DNA of 64,000 bases from a virus: IMG/VR virus record IMGVR_UViG_3300025438_000009, positions 23,167 through 87,166 of that record; one strand, written 5' to 3'. Shown here piece by piece: positions 34,001-43,281 of the stretch (the first letter of the stretch is position 1; each line of letters begins with the position of its first letter). The notes beneath the pieces were generated by a model. The model saw only the letters and a program-made list of their open reading frames with translations. It ran no database searches and was not told where the DNA came from. The position numbers and the translations under genes are program-made.

Positions 34001-36994
34001 GCTGCGTACCGCCTTCGCGGTGAAGATGAGATTCCAGCCAATATCTATAAGATGCTGAAGAACGAACAAGAGCTTTATTACGAAGATTTTGGTTATAGCC
34101 CAGAAACTGACCTTTTTCCTGAGGATGAGGTTCTTGTTGCTACGGCTGGTTCTAAGCCTTCCCCTAAGAAAGACCAAATTAAGGGCTCCAGTAAGAATAA
34201 GGCGGGTTCAGCCTCTTCGGGAGCTAATGTAGACTTCACTGAAAAAATTGAAAAGGCGTTGTCCAATAAAGTAACAAAGCACAACGAGAAGGCAAAAGAT
34301 GGTCGTAAGGCTAATCTCCGTACTCTGAAGGCTGTGTACCGTCGTGGGGCAGGAGCATTCTCTACTTCGCACCGTCCAGACCAGAACCGCAACAGCTGGG
34401 CAATGGCAAGGGTTAACGCATTCTTGCACCTGCTTAAGTCTGGGTCTCCGAAGAACAGCAAGTACGTTACAGATAATGATTTGCTTCCTGCAAGCCACCC
34501 TAAGTCCACAAAGGGTAGTGCCAGCTCTCTAGTTTCTGGGGCAGGCAATATGTATGGCGGAGGAAAGTTTAGTATTCCTCTTGTTATTCCCGAGGGTGTT
34601 GAGTCGGGGGATGGTCGTAAGTTTAAGCAGGGTGCTATTGAGATTCGTGAGCTTCCTCTTCCTCTATTGTGGCAGATTCAGACAGGCAATGGACATGATG
34701 GTTCAGTTGTTGTTGGTCGGATTGATGCCATGGAGCAGACAGAAGAGGGTATTGGAAATGCCTACGGAGTTTTTGACTCGGGGGCATACGGACAGGAAGC
34801 CGAAAGGCTGGTCCGTGCGGGCTTCCTTCGGGGAGTTTCTGCCGATATGGACCGCTTTGAAGCATCTGAAGAAGTTGAAGAAGCAAGTGATGATGATGAC
34901 AAAGATAACAAAATCAAGAAAGAAAAAATCATAATCAGTAAGGCTCGTGTAATGGCGGTTACAATAGTACCTAAGCCCGCTTTTCAAGAGTGTAAAATTG
35001 TTCTTGTGAATGATGAGTACGAGGACACTAATCAGGAGGATACTATGATTCCCGACGGAATCTACATTGAAGACATTGAGCCCGCTGAGGCTGAGGCAGT
35101 TGTTGCTTCAGGTCTTATCGCTGGTTCCATCCCCGTGGCCCCGCCCAAGTCGTGGCTCACTAACCCGAACCTAACTCAGCCCACCCCACTGACTGTTACT
35201 GATGAAGGCCGTGTATACGGACATATCGCAGCATGGGATGTTGACCACATTGGTATGGTTGCAGGGACTAAGCCCCCTCGTAGCCGTAGCAACTATTCAT
35301 ATTTTCATACCGGAATTCTTCGCACAGAAGAGGGCGACGACATTGGAGTTGGTCAGATTACCCTCGCCGGTGGTCACGCAGACATTCGTGCAAGCGCCTC
35401 TGAGGCAGTAAAGCACTATGATGACACCGCTAGCGCTGTTATTGACGTGCGTGCTGGTGAGGATGCTTATGGTATCTGGGTTGCTGGTTCGCTACGCCCA
35501 GGTGTTACACCCGAGCAGGTTCGCGCCCTTCGCGCTTCATCTCCTTCAGGTGACTGGCGTCCCATTCGCGGTAGCCTCGAGCTGGTTGCCGTATGCCAAG
35601 TTAATGTCCCAGGATTTCCCATTGCTCGCGCCATGGTCTCGTCTGGACAGATTACTGCACTTGTGGCAGCAGGCGCTTCGGTTCTTGCCAAGATGCGTAG
35701 CAACCCTGTTCACGAGTTGGAGCAGAGACTCTCCAAGCTTGAAGAGAAGGAGCGTTTTGCTCTTATTGCTACCGCTCAGGCAGCTCGGGCAAAGTTCCAA
35801 GCTTTGCGCCCAGCCCCCAAAGAAGAGCCTATTGTTGCAGACGCTTTCTATGAAGAAGTCATACCTAGTTTGATTCCCATTCTGGAGAAGACTCTTGCTG
35901 ATGTTGTTGCCTTTAGCTTTGTTGCTCAGGGGTATCACTGGAACGTCAAGGGTAAGAACTTCCCTCAGTATCACGAGTTCTTCGGTGAGATTTACGAAGA
36001 GGTTTATGGGTCGGTTGACCCACTTGCTGAGAACATTCTTAAGCTCGGGTATGACGCTCCGTTTAGCATCTCAGAGTTTGCTCAGATGAGTGCGATTGCT
36101 TCCTCGGGAACAAAAGATTCCTCATGCGAGGCTATGACTTATGACTTGTTCTTGTCTAACAGCACAATCATTGATGACTACAAGGAAGCTTTTGCTGTTG
36201 CAGATTCAATGAACGAGCAGGGTGTTGCAGACTTCCTCGCTGGTCGTATCAACATGCACCAGCAGTGGGCTTGGCAGTTGAAGGCTTCATCTATGCCTAA
36301 AGACATGCGCAAGGAAAGCTACTCTGAAGGTGAAGAGCCTCTTGAGATGATGTTTGCTATCTCTACTGAACTCCCCGAGATTGCAGTTCTTGCGGGAGGC
36401 AATGTTACACATGCTGATAACAGATTCCTTGCTTTCAGTGCGCTTAACGAATTTGGTAAGTTTACAGAGGAGAAGCGTCAAGCGCTTGCTAAAGAGGGCA
36501 AGGCTATGCCAGACGGTTCGTACCCCATTAGGAACGAAGATGACCTTAAGAACGCCACCACTACCTATGGTTTGGGCAAGTCTCCTAAAGAAGAGGTTAG
36601 TGCGCACATCACTAAGCGTGCTATGGAGCTTAACCGCGAGGACATGATTCCCGAGGGCTGGGCATCTTCTGACTCCGCTGAGGATTCCGAGTTTGCTGTC
36701 AAAATCTCTGACAAAGAGATGAAGAAGCTTGTCAAGGATGGCATTGCTATGGCTGATGGTTCTTACCCAATTAGGGACGAGCGCGACATGAAGGAGGCGG
36801 TTAAGACTTACAATCGTTCACCCCTGAGGGGTCGTATGGACATTCGCAAGCACATCATTGACAGGGCAAAAGCTCTGGGGCTGACCGCCATGATTCCTAA
36901 GCAGTGGGCCAACCCTAAGAACTCGTCTAAGGCGTATTCAATCGAAGAAATGCGGGAACGTATCTCAGAGTTAAGCGCCAAGCTGGAGAACTAG
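31040..36994 (+). CDS. Capsid maturation protease polyprotein with ParB/Srx-like, Dps/ferritin-like and repeated small domains
   Basis: PEGVESGDGR..LPLPLLWQ..GH..VVVGRID..RGVSAD..PAF protease (~34.56-35.0 kb); LIPTQ..VDGHHR; HWNVKG..HEFFGEIYEE..DPLAE; two LRxYW..GGDWxRC repeats; two DGSYPIR repeats. Confidence 0.85.
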   Translation: MTKFLGASGALMLYTSGAWGVVVDSEVGLVVASGASGILTTSRKWSSNELQPTEETNELAEASLGGLVASGKGSSSKYTVPKSVRAEAKKALEWRKEEDRGGTKVGLNTARTLASGDQVGVEKIRHIAKYFPRHEVDKRGKGYKPKEDGFPSNGRIAWALWGGDAGWRWAKAVVEREEKKALTATGYDLGEEPRKGIEVEEFTYDDAPDYMSEFVARVKLDGSGMDRLYKIDSDNKCLVWDDGRWDDLGIVEPTIWDYDKALDEEEVASTHLTIDPESAIIIAARLFVAPYGTVTVEDIDEYEAGLAVAAIEDEDWEFIDRTLMASGTATFQGEEPAEGDAEYTPEERSENASKQVRNKQGRFATAGSRVVVGNDPTRGSGIITSVDPSTKSVNVKLDNGNEVTVPGNTVENESNYDNQINKDIKQIDTSGILGEPRTPINRSVAQLPGTLPAMGVKDIQGMLSNWPAWVKSQRDSFTPQATPSPTKVQKKGSGPNLDVGDYGRKLQQETGKSLTTDAYDHPLLKDWLNKKDGAGFSPNRLWYNPITASADEKLVSPDTTDVQPVYMAVVDADDPRAVLNLISLVPASTVSTSPMVYTRDQGKWARDPKMLADLNSPTPPPVVPLDSETLNDVITQVDASQGVTASIALTVLFGNDPITAGIYGTEEENIAQKLRQYWIAGPGAKEIQWGVGGDWYRCVRQLAPYLGVRAKGYCQMLHKNALGYYTSTHARMERAKLGDFDAGVETLEFTKVTAEDMQTPLKDIIAREDTVSGDFEIDADIAVLLSDIEALDYSEYSLVAAGGADRNRGGAENLRKYWTVGKGGAKIRWGTGGDWTRCVRNLRKYLGPRAKGYCALRHKEMNGVWPGDRRNTETSVLESSELLNYSVPVFSVEEILRESAERALLASAGVSVRNFFIPEPIYRTPEMEKAVEEQKPVDVQKINIDDLIPTQDSVEVENIAEVLESLKPISVLITEDGPLLVDGHHRTAAYRLRGEDEIPANIYKMLKNEQELYYEDFGYSPETDLFPEDEVLVATAGSKPSPKKDQIKGSSKNKAGSASSGANVDFTEKIEKALSNKVTKHNEKAKDGRKANLRTLKAVYRRGAGAFSTSHRPDQNRNSWAMARVNAFLHLLKSGSPKNSKYVTDNDLLPASHPKSTKGSASSLVSGAGNMYGGGKFSIPLVIPEGVESGDGRKFKQGAIEIRELPLPLLWQIQTGNGHDGSVVVGRIDAMEQTEEGIGNAYGVFDSGAYGQEAERLVRAGFLRGVSADMDRFEASEEVEEASDDDDKDNKIKKEKIIISKARVMAVTIVPKPAFQECKIVLVNDEYEDTNQEDTMIPDGIYIEDIEPAEAEAVVASGLIAGSIPVAPPKSWLTNPNLTQPTPLTVTDEGRVYGHIAAWDVDHIGMVAGTKPPRSRSNYSYFHTGILRTEEGDDIGVGQITLAGGHADIRASASEAVKHYDDTASAVIDVRAGEDAYGIWVAGSLRPGVTPEQVRALRASSPSGDWRPIRGSLELVAVCQVNVPGFPIARAMVSSGQITALVAAGASVLAKMRSNPVHELEQRLSKLEEKERFALIATAQAARAKFQALRPAPKEEPIVADAFYEEVIPSLIPILEKTLADVVAFSFVAQGYHWNVKGKNFPQYHEFFGEIYEEVYGSVDPLAENILKLGYDAPFSISEFAQMSAIASSGTKDSSCEAMTYDLFLSNSTIIDDYKEAFAVADSMNEQGVADFLAGRINMHQQWAWQLKASSMPKDMRKESYSEGEEPLEMMFAISTELPEIAVLAGGNVTHADNRFLAFSALNEFGKFTEEKRQALAKEGKAMPDGSYPIRNEDDLKNATTTYGLGKSPKEEVSAHITKRAMELNREDMIPEGWASSDSAEDSEFAVKISDKEMKKLVKDGIAMADGSYPIRDERDMKEAVKTYNRSPLRGRMDIRKHIIDRAKALGLTAMIPKQWANPKNSSKAYSIEEMRERISELSAKLEN

Positions 36995-37689
36995 TGTCTA
37001 AAGAACTTCATGAGTTTATTGCCTCGGAGGACCTACGCAAGTTGGTCGACACGGTTGACCCCTCCATCAAAGAAGACGCGCTTGAAGAGGCTGAAAAGAT
37101 TGAGGAAGAGGAAGATGTAGTACCAGTTGACTCTCCCGAAGGCGACACTCGTGAAGATGAGTATGACGAGACAGGCAAGAAAAAATACACTGCAAAAACT
37201 CAACCTCGAGATGCTCAGGGTAAGTTTAGGCTGGTTCTTGCACGTTTGAAACAGAACCTTGGTACTCGCGGAAATCAGCGCGTTATTGAGAAAATTCAAG
37301 AGGCTGAGAATCTTGATAATGCTGGTGACTACGCTGGCGCTGTTGAGGCCTCTTCGGACCTTATCGACACTGTTGACCGTCTTGACTCGGGTGCGCTTAA
37401 TGCAGACTCTCTGGAGAATGTTCGGTTGGCAACATCAGATTTGGGCAAGGTAATATCTAACCTTCCTCTGCCGTTTGATAATCAAGCGCAGAAGATTAGG
37501 TACAGCGATTTACCTGCAACCCTCAAGACTCTCACTAAGAAATTAATTTCTCGAGTGGAAGAAAAAATCGGAGCAGAAGATGCCGAGATTGCAACACAAG
37601 AACTACGTGCATTTATGTCAGGTGCTGACGTCTATAGTCAAGCAGAAGTTTCTGCTCAACTAAACAGAATGCTCAGATTACTAACGTAA
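36994..37689 (+). CDS. Head-module hypothetical protein with QPRD motif
   Basis: QPRDAQGKF; lies between the protease and the capsid gene. Confidence 0.8.
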   Translation: MSKELHEFIASEDLRKLVDTVDPSIKEDALEEAEKIEEEEDVVPVDSPEGDTREDEYDETGKKKYTAKTQPRDAQGKFRLVLARLKQNLGTRGNQRVIEKIQEAENLDNAGDYAGAVEASSDLIDTVDRLDSGALNADSLENVRLATSDLGKVISNLPLPFDNQAQKIRYSDLPATLKTLTKKLISRVEEKIGAEDAEIATQELRAFMSGADVYSQAEVSAQLNRMLRLLT

Positions 37690-37832
37690 ATTTAGTGTAG
37701 TATATAACTATAAATTAGCTGGTGTAGTGCCTAGCACAAATCTTTGTGTATTAGTCCCTATATCTTAGACTATTCGAACACACAAAGGCAAACCCTTGCC
37801 TTTGTGTCTGACTGGCCCAAAGGAGAAGTACA

Positions 37833-39860
37833 GTGGACCAAATCAAATCGCAGCTGGACAGGCTAGCTGACCTCGCCGACGAACAAGTTGACGAGCTCGA
37901 AGCTGGTATTGTCACTGAGTTTGAGTCGGTTGAATCTGGAGACACAACTCCCGAGTCAGTTGATGCCATGACAGCTCTTGCCGAGATGTTGGAAACCGTT
38001 CGAGCAGAGGGTCAGCGCCGTGTTGCGCAAGCTGAAGAGCTTGCTTCTCGCGCCGCAGAAGCCACTGCCCGAGTTAAGGGAGACAGTATCGAAGAAGCAG
38101 CAGCCACTCCCATGGACGAGGAAGAGATTCCTTCCGACGATGAGGCAGAAATGCCCGTTGAGGAGCCTTCAGAAATGGAGGAGCCTATGGAGGAAGAAGA
38201 GCCTGCCATGGAAGACGAAGAAGAGGACGAGGATAAGGATAAGACTATGTCCACAGCATCAACCGAATCGGAAAAGAACGAAGAGTTCACATCAGAATCC
38301 GACGAAACCGTTGTCGAGTCAGCTGAAGTTAGCGCCGACGTGGAGACCGAAGCTGAGGTAGCTGAAGCTACCCCTGCCGAAGAGCCCACCGAAGCTTTCT
38401 CAGCCGAGGAGACAGAACTATCTGCAGAGCCAGAGGAATCCCCCTCTGAGGAAGCAACAGAAGAAGCAGTTGTTGAAGAGTCAGCAGGCGAAGAAGTTTT
38501 CGCTGTTGAGGACGAAGCATCTGTTACAGAACCCGAAACAGAAACTAGTGAGCCAGAGGCTCAGGAAGAGGCACCCGTGACAGCCGCAGTTGATGGAACG
38601 ATTGACGTTCCTGCTGACCGTCGCCCCGTAGCCCCCGCGACATATGCTCCAGTGGCAATCACTGCTGGTGCTGACATTCCGGGGCACTCGGCAGGTAGCA
38701 CCCTTACCGACATGCACGCAGTTGCAGACGCTATGGAGAAACGTCTCCACAGCTTGCGTCGTGTTAACGGTGGAGATGGAGAACAACACATTGTTGCTTC
38801 TATCACCACGCAGTACCCCGAGGACCGTATGCTCGGTACTGACCCCGAAGAAAACCGCGCAAAGATTAGCAACGTTGTTGGTCCCCAGGCCCTTGTGGCT
38901 ACTGGTGGCTTTGCCACACCTCTTGAGGTGCGCTACGACGTGTTTGGTCTCGGGACGGCTATCCGCCCCGTGCGCGACTCTCTTCCCCGTTTCCAGGCTG
39001 ACCGTGGCGGAGTTCGCTATGTAACACCGCCTGTTCTTTCCGGCTATGCAAATGCTGTTGGTGTGTGGACAAACACTACCGACACCACTCCTGAATCGAA
39101 CGTTAAGGCTAGCCTGACAGTTACCGCCGCTTCGGAGCAGACTGCCGTCACAGACGCTGTCACACTCCAGATGCAGTTTGGTAACCTGTTCACTCGCGCG
39201 TATCCTGAACTACTTGCTCGCCACAACGAGCTTGGTCTGATTCAGCACGCACGTGAGGCAGAGCAGAACATCCTCAGTCGCATTGCCACTGCATCTACAG
39301 CTGTTACGACCACCAGCCTTATTGGCTTTGGTCGCGACTTCTTGGTGCAGGTCAAGCGCTCTGCCGCAGCGTACCGCTCGCGCCACCGCATTGACCCCAC
39401 GACTCAGCTCCGCGCAATCGTCCCTTCTTGGGTTTACGATGCAATGGCTGCAGACCTGGCTCTGGCTATGCCTGGAGATGGAACACTCTCCGTAAGCACC
39501 GCAGAAATCAATGGTTACTTGGCTAACTCCAACGTCACGATGGTTGCTTCGCTTGACCAGAACGTGTTTGGCTCTCAGGGTGCAGCTGCACTTCTTGAGT
39601 TCCCCGATTCGTTCTCGTGGTACCTGTTTGCTGAGGGAACATTCTTGTTCCTTGACGGTGGAACACTCGACCTCGGAATTATCCGTGACTCGGGTCTTGT
39701 TGGAACCAACGACTACAAAATGTTCGTTGAGACCTTCGAGGGTGTTGCCTTCGTTGGAACAGAGGCGCTTGTTATCACCTCGACCATTTCGGTCAACGGT
39801 GTTGCTGCGGCCCTGCGCGACACAACTGGTGGCGCATCCGCTGCCGCGATTGAGTACTAA
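37833..39860 (+). CDS. Major capsid (hexamer) protein with acidic N-terminal scaffold region
   Basis: E/A/P-rich N-terminus; LVATGGFATP..RYD, LPRFQADRGG and GGTLDLGIIRDS..TNDY; AAGGAG RBS; downstream hairpin. Confidence 0.9.
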   Translation: MDQIKSQLDRLADLADEQVDELEAGIVTEFESVESGDTTPESVDAMTALAEMLETVRAEGQRRVAQAEELASRAAEATARVKGDSIEEAAATPMDEEEIPSDDEAEMPVEEPSEMEEPMEEEEPAMEDEEEDEDKDKTMSTASTESEKNEEFTSESDETVVESAEVSADVETEAEVAEATPAEEPTEAFSAEETELSAEPEESPSEEATEEAVVEESAGEEVFAVEDEASVTEPETETSEPEAQEEAPVTAAVDGTIDVPADRRPVAPATYAPVAITAGADIPGHSAGSTLTDMHAVADAMEKRLHSLRRVNGGDGEQHIVASITTQYPEDRMLGTDPEENRAKISNVVGPQALVATGGFATPLEVRYDVFGLGTAIRPVRDSLPRFQADRGGVRYVTPPVLSGYANAVGVWTNTTDTTPESNVKASLTVTAASEQTAVTDAVTLQMQFGNLFTRAYPELLARHNELGLIQHAREAEQNILSRIATASTAVTTTSLIGFGRDFLVQVKRSAAAYRSRHRIDPTTQLRAIVPSWVYDAMAADLALAMPGDGTLSVSTAEINGYLANSNVTMVASLDQNVFGSQGAAALLEFPDSFSWYLFAEGTFLFLDGGTLDLGIIRDSGLVGTNDYKMFVETFEGVAFVGTEALVITSTISVNGVAAALRDTTGGASAAAIEY

Positions 39861-39881
39861 ACACTCAATCAAAACTCTGAA

Positions 39882-39914
39882 GGTTCCCCCTGGGCTTATG
39901 CCTGGGGGGAGCCC
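39882..39914 (+). terminator. Strong hairpin after the capsid gene (terminator or stabiliser)
   Basis: GGTTCCCCCTGGGC-TTAT-GCCTGGGGGGAGCC without a T tail. Confidence 0.55.
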
Positions 39915-39943
39915 CAGAACACTAAGAAGAGGATTGCACACAC

Positions 39944-40828
39944 ATGGTTTCTAGAGGCGTTGTTGAACCGCTCAAACTTACCCCGTACCCTTATGGAGTA
40001 TTCAGTGTAGCTCCTCCCACGACCCACACCTCTCGCGCATATGACGAGAAGTGGATTAGAGGTTTTTCACAACTATTAGACTCTCGCCCTACTGCTATTC
40101 GCAACTGGGATGTGACAAGTAACACTGAAGATGTAATTTACTCTCAGTCTTTGGCCAATGATGTTGCAAGATTTATTGAAAATATTACTCCGTTTTTTAT
40201 TGAAGTTGAAGACAACGCTTCTACTCTTGGCTTGAATGGCGAGGACCGGTTTGCCCGTGTTCTTCGCCAGCTTGATGCTAGTTCTCAGAAAGCTGTAGAA
40301 ACAGAACTCTGGCTGGGGACGATTGCTCAGGCAGAGTCGCTCAACAACACATACTTATGCGATGCTTCTACAGCCACTGTTCTTAATGGTGGGACAGCTC
40401 TTGAGGCAAAGAAAGCTCTTGCTATTTTGGAGCAATATATTGCTTCCAGTTCTCCCACAGGAGAGACAGGAGTTATCCACATGCCTAAACATATTGCTTC
40501 TCTTCTGGGTACTGCTATCGAGTTCGACAAGAAAAAAGAACACTTAGTTACCCGCTTGGGCACTCCTGTTGCTACGGGTGCAGGATATACGGGCGCTGGG
40601 CCTGTTGGACAGACTGGCGCTGCTGCCAGTGATACAAACAAATGGATGTACGCTTCTGGAACTACCAATATTCATCTCGGTAAGTCTGAAGTCGTCAACG
40701 ATACATTGTCCCAAGGGTACAACGTGTCGGGTAATAAGAATGACATGAGAATAAAAGCTACACGGCCTGCGGTTGCGTACTTTGACACTTCGATACACCT
40801 AGCAGTTAAAGTCGACTTGTCGGTTTAA
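39944..40828 (+). CDS. Probable capsid pentamer or minor capsid protein
   Basis: Directly follows the major capsid gene; PYGVFS, GVIH and TRLGTPVATGAGY as in cluster-B-like phages. Confidence 0.65.
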   Translation: MVSRGVVEPLKLTPYPYGVFSVAPPTTHTSRAYDEKWIRGFSQLLDSRPTAIRNWDVTSNTEDVIYSQSLANDVARFIENITPFFIEVEDNASTLGLNGEDRFARVLRQLDASSQKAVETELWLGTIAQAESLNNTYLCDASTATVLNGGTALEAKKALAILEQYIASSSPTGETGVIHMPKHIASLLGTAIEFDKKKEHLVTRLGTPVATGAGYTGAGPVGQTGAAASDTNKWMYASGTTNIHLGKSEVVNDTLSQGYNVSGNKNDMRIKATRPAVAYFDTSIHLAVKVDLSV

Positions 40829-40875
40829 CTGTACAATTATAATAACCAACAAGCTAAAAAAGGAGAATAGCTAAC

Positions 40876-42144
40876 ATGGCTACTCAAGATTATGCCGCTA
40901 GCATTCAGGGTGTGTCCATTCGTGTTACCCGCCTCAATGCATACGGAAACCTTCTCAACGGTCCCGGTGACAGCTACACCACCTCGGCCTTCATGCGAAT
41001 TTCGTTCACCCCCGAATATGAAGAGGGCGATGAAATGACCGAAAAGTCTGCAAACGGTTCCGTTTGTGTGACTTACAAGTCTCCTGACACGCTAAAGCGT
41101 ATCACTATGGAACTTGCTATCTGTGAGCCCGACCCTGAGCTTACAAACCTTATTTCTGGTGGTCTCTTGCTCCGCAAGAACCTCGGAACTTTCGCCAGCC
41201 CCAACAACCGTAGCATTGGTTGGGCCGCTCCTGCTGTTGGAGACGACCCTGCAGGTAACGGTGTGGCAATTGAGACTTGGTCTCTCGCCATCAAGGACGG
41301 CAAAAAGTCCGCAACACTGCCGTACTTCCACTGGGTGTTCCCCTATGTCAAGATGCGTCAGAGTGGCGACCGAGTTATCGAAAACGGTATGCTTGCCAAC
41401 ACCTTCGAAGGTTACGGCTTGGGCAACATCAACTTCGGTGATGGAATCGATGACCGTTGGGAGTTCCCAACAGCCGCCGAGCGTCCCTACTCCTACGCTC
41501 GCGACGACTGGGCACCTACCGGACGTAACGGCTTCTTCTCGTGGCACGGATTCATCTCGAACACCGTTGTTAACAAGGCTCGTCTTGCTAATGTTGCTAC
41601 TCTTACGACTGCAACTGCGCACGACTTTGCACCTGGTGAAAAAGTTGTTGTTGCAGGCGCTGAGGTTAGCGAGAGCATCACAGCTGCGTCCGGTGATGGT
41701 ACAACAGTTACCTACACTTGCGAAAACAGCTTCTCAGGTGGCCAAACAGTCACCATCTCGGGTTTGACACCAAGCACGTTTAACGGAGTCTTTACCATCG
41801 CTTCTGTAACTTCCTCTGCATTCACTGTCACATCAGTAGTGTCGGGAAGCTCGTCAGGAACTGGTACGGCTGTGTTTGACTCGATGTTTGGCTTCACAGG
41901 CAGGTATGAGATTGCTGGAACCCCAACGGCAACCACATTTACTTACTCAAATGCTGGTACTGACAGTGTCTCTGCTGCTGTATCCCCAGTTGGAACTGCG
42001 ATTGTTGACCCAGACGCACGTGCTGTTAACACATTGCCAGATGCCAACGAGAGTGGTACCTACAACGTTCCTGGAAGCAAGGACTACAACGCTGACGATG
42101 CAATTGACTACGTCATCAGCTCTAACGAGGACCCAACCTCCTAA
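40876..42144 (+). CDS. Major tail protein with C-terminal beta-rich appendage domains
   Basis: IRVTRLN..G, EYEEGDE..KSANG..C; TLTTATAHDF..GEKV repeats; hairpin at about 42158-42194. Confidence 0.8.
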   Translation: MATQDYAASIQGVSIRVTRLNAYGNLLNGPGDSYTTSAFMRISFTPEYEEGDEMTEKSANGSVCVTYKSPDTLKRITMELAICEPDPELTNLISGGLLLRKNLGTFASPNNRSIGWAAPAVGDDPAGNGVAIETWSLAIKDGKKSATLPYFHWVFPYVKMRQSGDRVIENGMLANTFEGYGLGNINFGDGIDDRWEFPTAAERPYSYARDDWAPTGRNGFFSWHGFISNTVVNKARLANVATLTTATAHDFAPGEKVVVAGAEVSESITAASGDGTTVTYTCENSFSGGQTVTISGLTPSTFNGVFTIASVTSSAFTVTSVVSGSSSGTGTAVFDSMFGFTGRYEIAGTPTATTFTYSNAGTDSVSAAVSPVGTAIVDPDARAVNTLPDANESGTYNVPGSKDYNADDAIDYVISSNEDPTS

Positions 42145-42211
42145 TTAGCAGTTGGCTGAACGGGTGGCACACTGCATAAGTGTGTCACCCGTTCTATCTA
42201 AGGAGACATAA

Positions 42212-43267
42212 ATGAGTACAGGACTTTGGGTTGCCGTATCCGATTTGGGCCCAGACTGGGAGAATTCGGACTACGCTGAAGAAGCGGTGCGCTCAGCCTC
42301 CTACATTATGTGGGCTTTGTCGGGGAGAAAGTACACGGGGCTATCGACAGTTACCGAGCGGTACATTAGATTTGCTCCGCTTATCAACACTAGACTTCTT
42401 CAAGAAGCTGCGATTCTTAATTCTCGCATTAATAAGACACTTGAGCTTGTACAACCTTGGGTGGCTGCTGAAACAAGAATTCGCCTCCGGGGGCAACCAA
42501 TCAGAGAAATTAAGACGGTACGCAATGTCGGAGGAGACATTGTAAACCCCGATAGCTACTATTTGGTAGACCACTCGACCCTCCAGTTCTCTGAGGGCGC
42601 TTTGATTGTTCCCGCCGATATTGAGGTTAGCTACTCATATGGCGCAGAACCTCCTGTGCTGGGCAAGATGGCTGCTAGGCGTGTCGCTATAGAGTTTATT
42701 AAGTTGTGGACTGAGGACAGCGACTGTGCCCTCCCAGAGCGTATTACATCGGTATCTAGGCAGGGTGTTACATACACTGTCTTAGACTCGCAGGATTTCC
42801 TCGAAGAGATGCGTATGGGCATCTACGAAATCGACTTGTTCCTGAAGGCAAACAACCCCAACAAGGCCCAAAAGCGCTCAAAAGTTTTTTCTCCCGATAT
42901 TCCTCGCGCAAGGCGTTATTCTCCTGAAACCCTGACATACCCAGTTTCCACCCAAGACATCGTTGTCTCTAAAAATGGTGGCTCAGTTACTTTGACTCTG
43001 GCGTCAATATCTGCAGAATTCCTTGTGGATGAGGCTGGCTGGACTCCCGAACTGATGATTAGAAGCAAGGGTGGGTCCAAATCTAAAATTCTTCCCGGAA
43101 GTTCTGTAGTTATCAATTCAGGCAATATCACCCTGACAGTGCCCTATAGAGAAGCATATTTAATTTTGACCCTTGTTAATTCTGGAACGTGGGACTTGTA
43201 TGCAAACAAAGATGGGGCATCAACCTACATTGAATCGGGTAACCTTACAGTAGACATGACAATCTGA
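42212..43267 (+). CDS. Head-to-tail adaptor
   Basis: ASYIMWALSGRKY, CALPERITSVSRQGVT, GIYEIDLFL..NP. Confidence 0.75.
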   Translation: MSTGLWVAVSDLGPDWENSDYAEEAVRSASYIMWALSGRKYTGLSTVTERYIRFAPLINTRLLQEAAILNSRINKTLELVQPWVAAETRIRLRGQPIREIKTVRNVGGDIVNPDSYYLVDHSTLQFSEGALIVPADIEVSYSYGAEPPVLGKMAARRVAIEFIKLWTEDSDCALPERITSVSRQGVTYTVLDSQDFLEEMRMGIYEIDLFLKANNPNKAQKRSKVFSPDIPRARRYSPETLTYPVSTQDIVVSKNGGSVTLTLASISAEFLVDEAGWTPELMIRSKGGSKSKILPGSSVVINSGNITLTVPYREAYLILTLVNSGTWDLYANKDGASTYIESGNLTVDMTI

Positions 43268-43281
43268 CGTAAGGAAGTCCC

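Noticed and set aside
21141-36994. Inteins explaining the giant ORF sizes
   Set aside because: No C-terminal HN-C/S/T splice motif with a matching N-terminal block or LAGLIDADG motifs was recognised.
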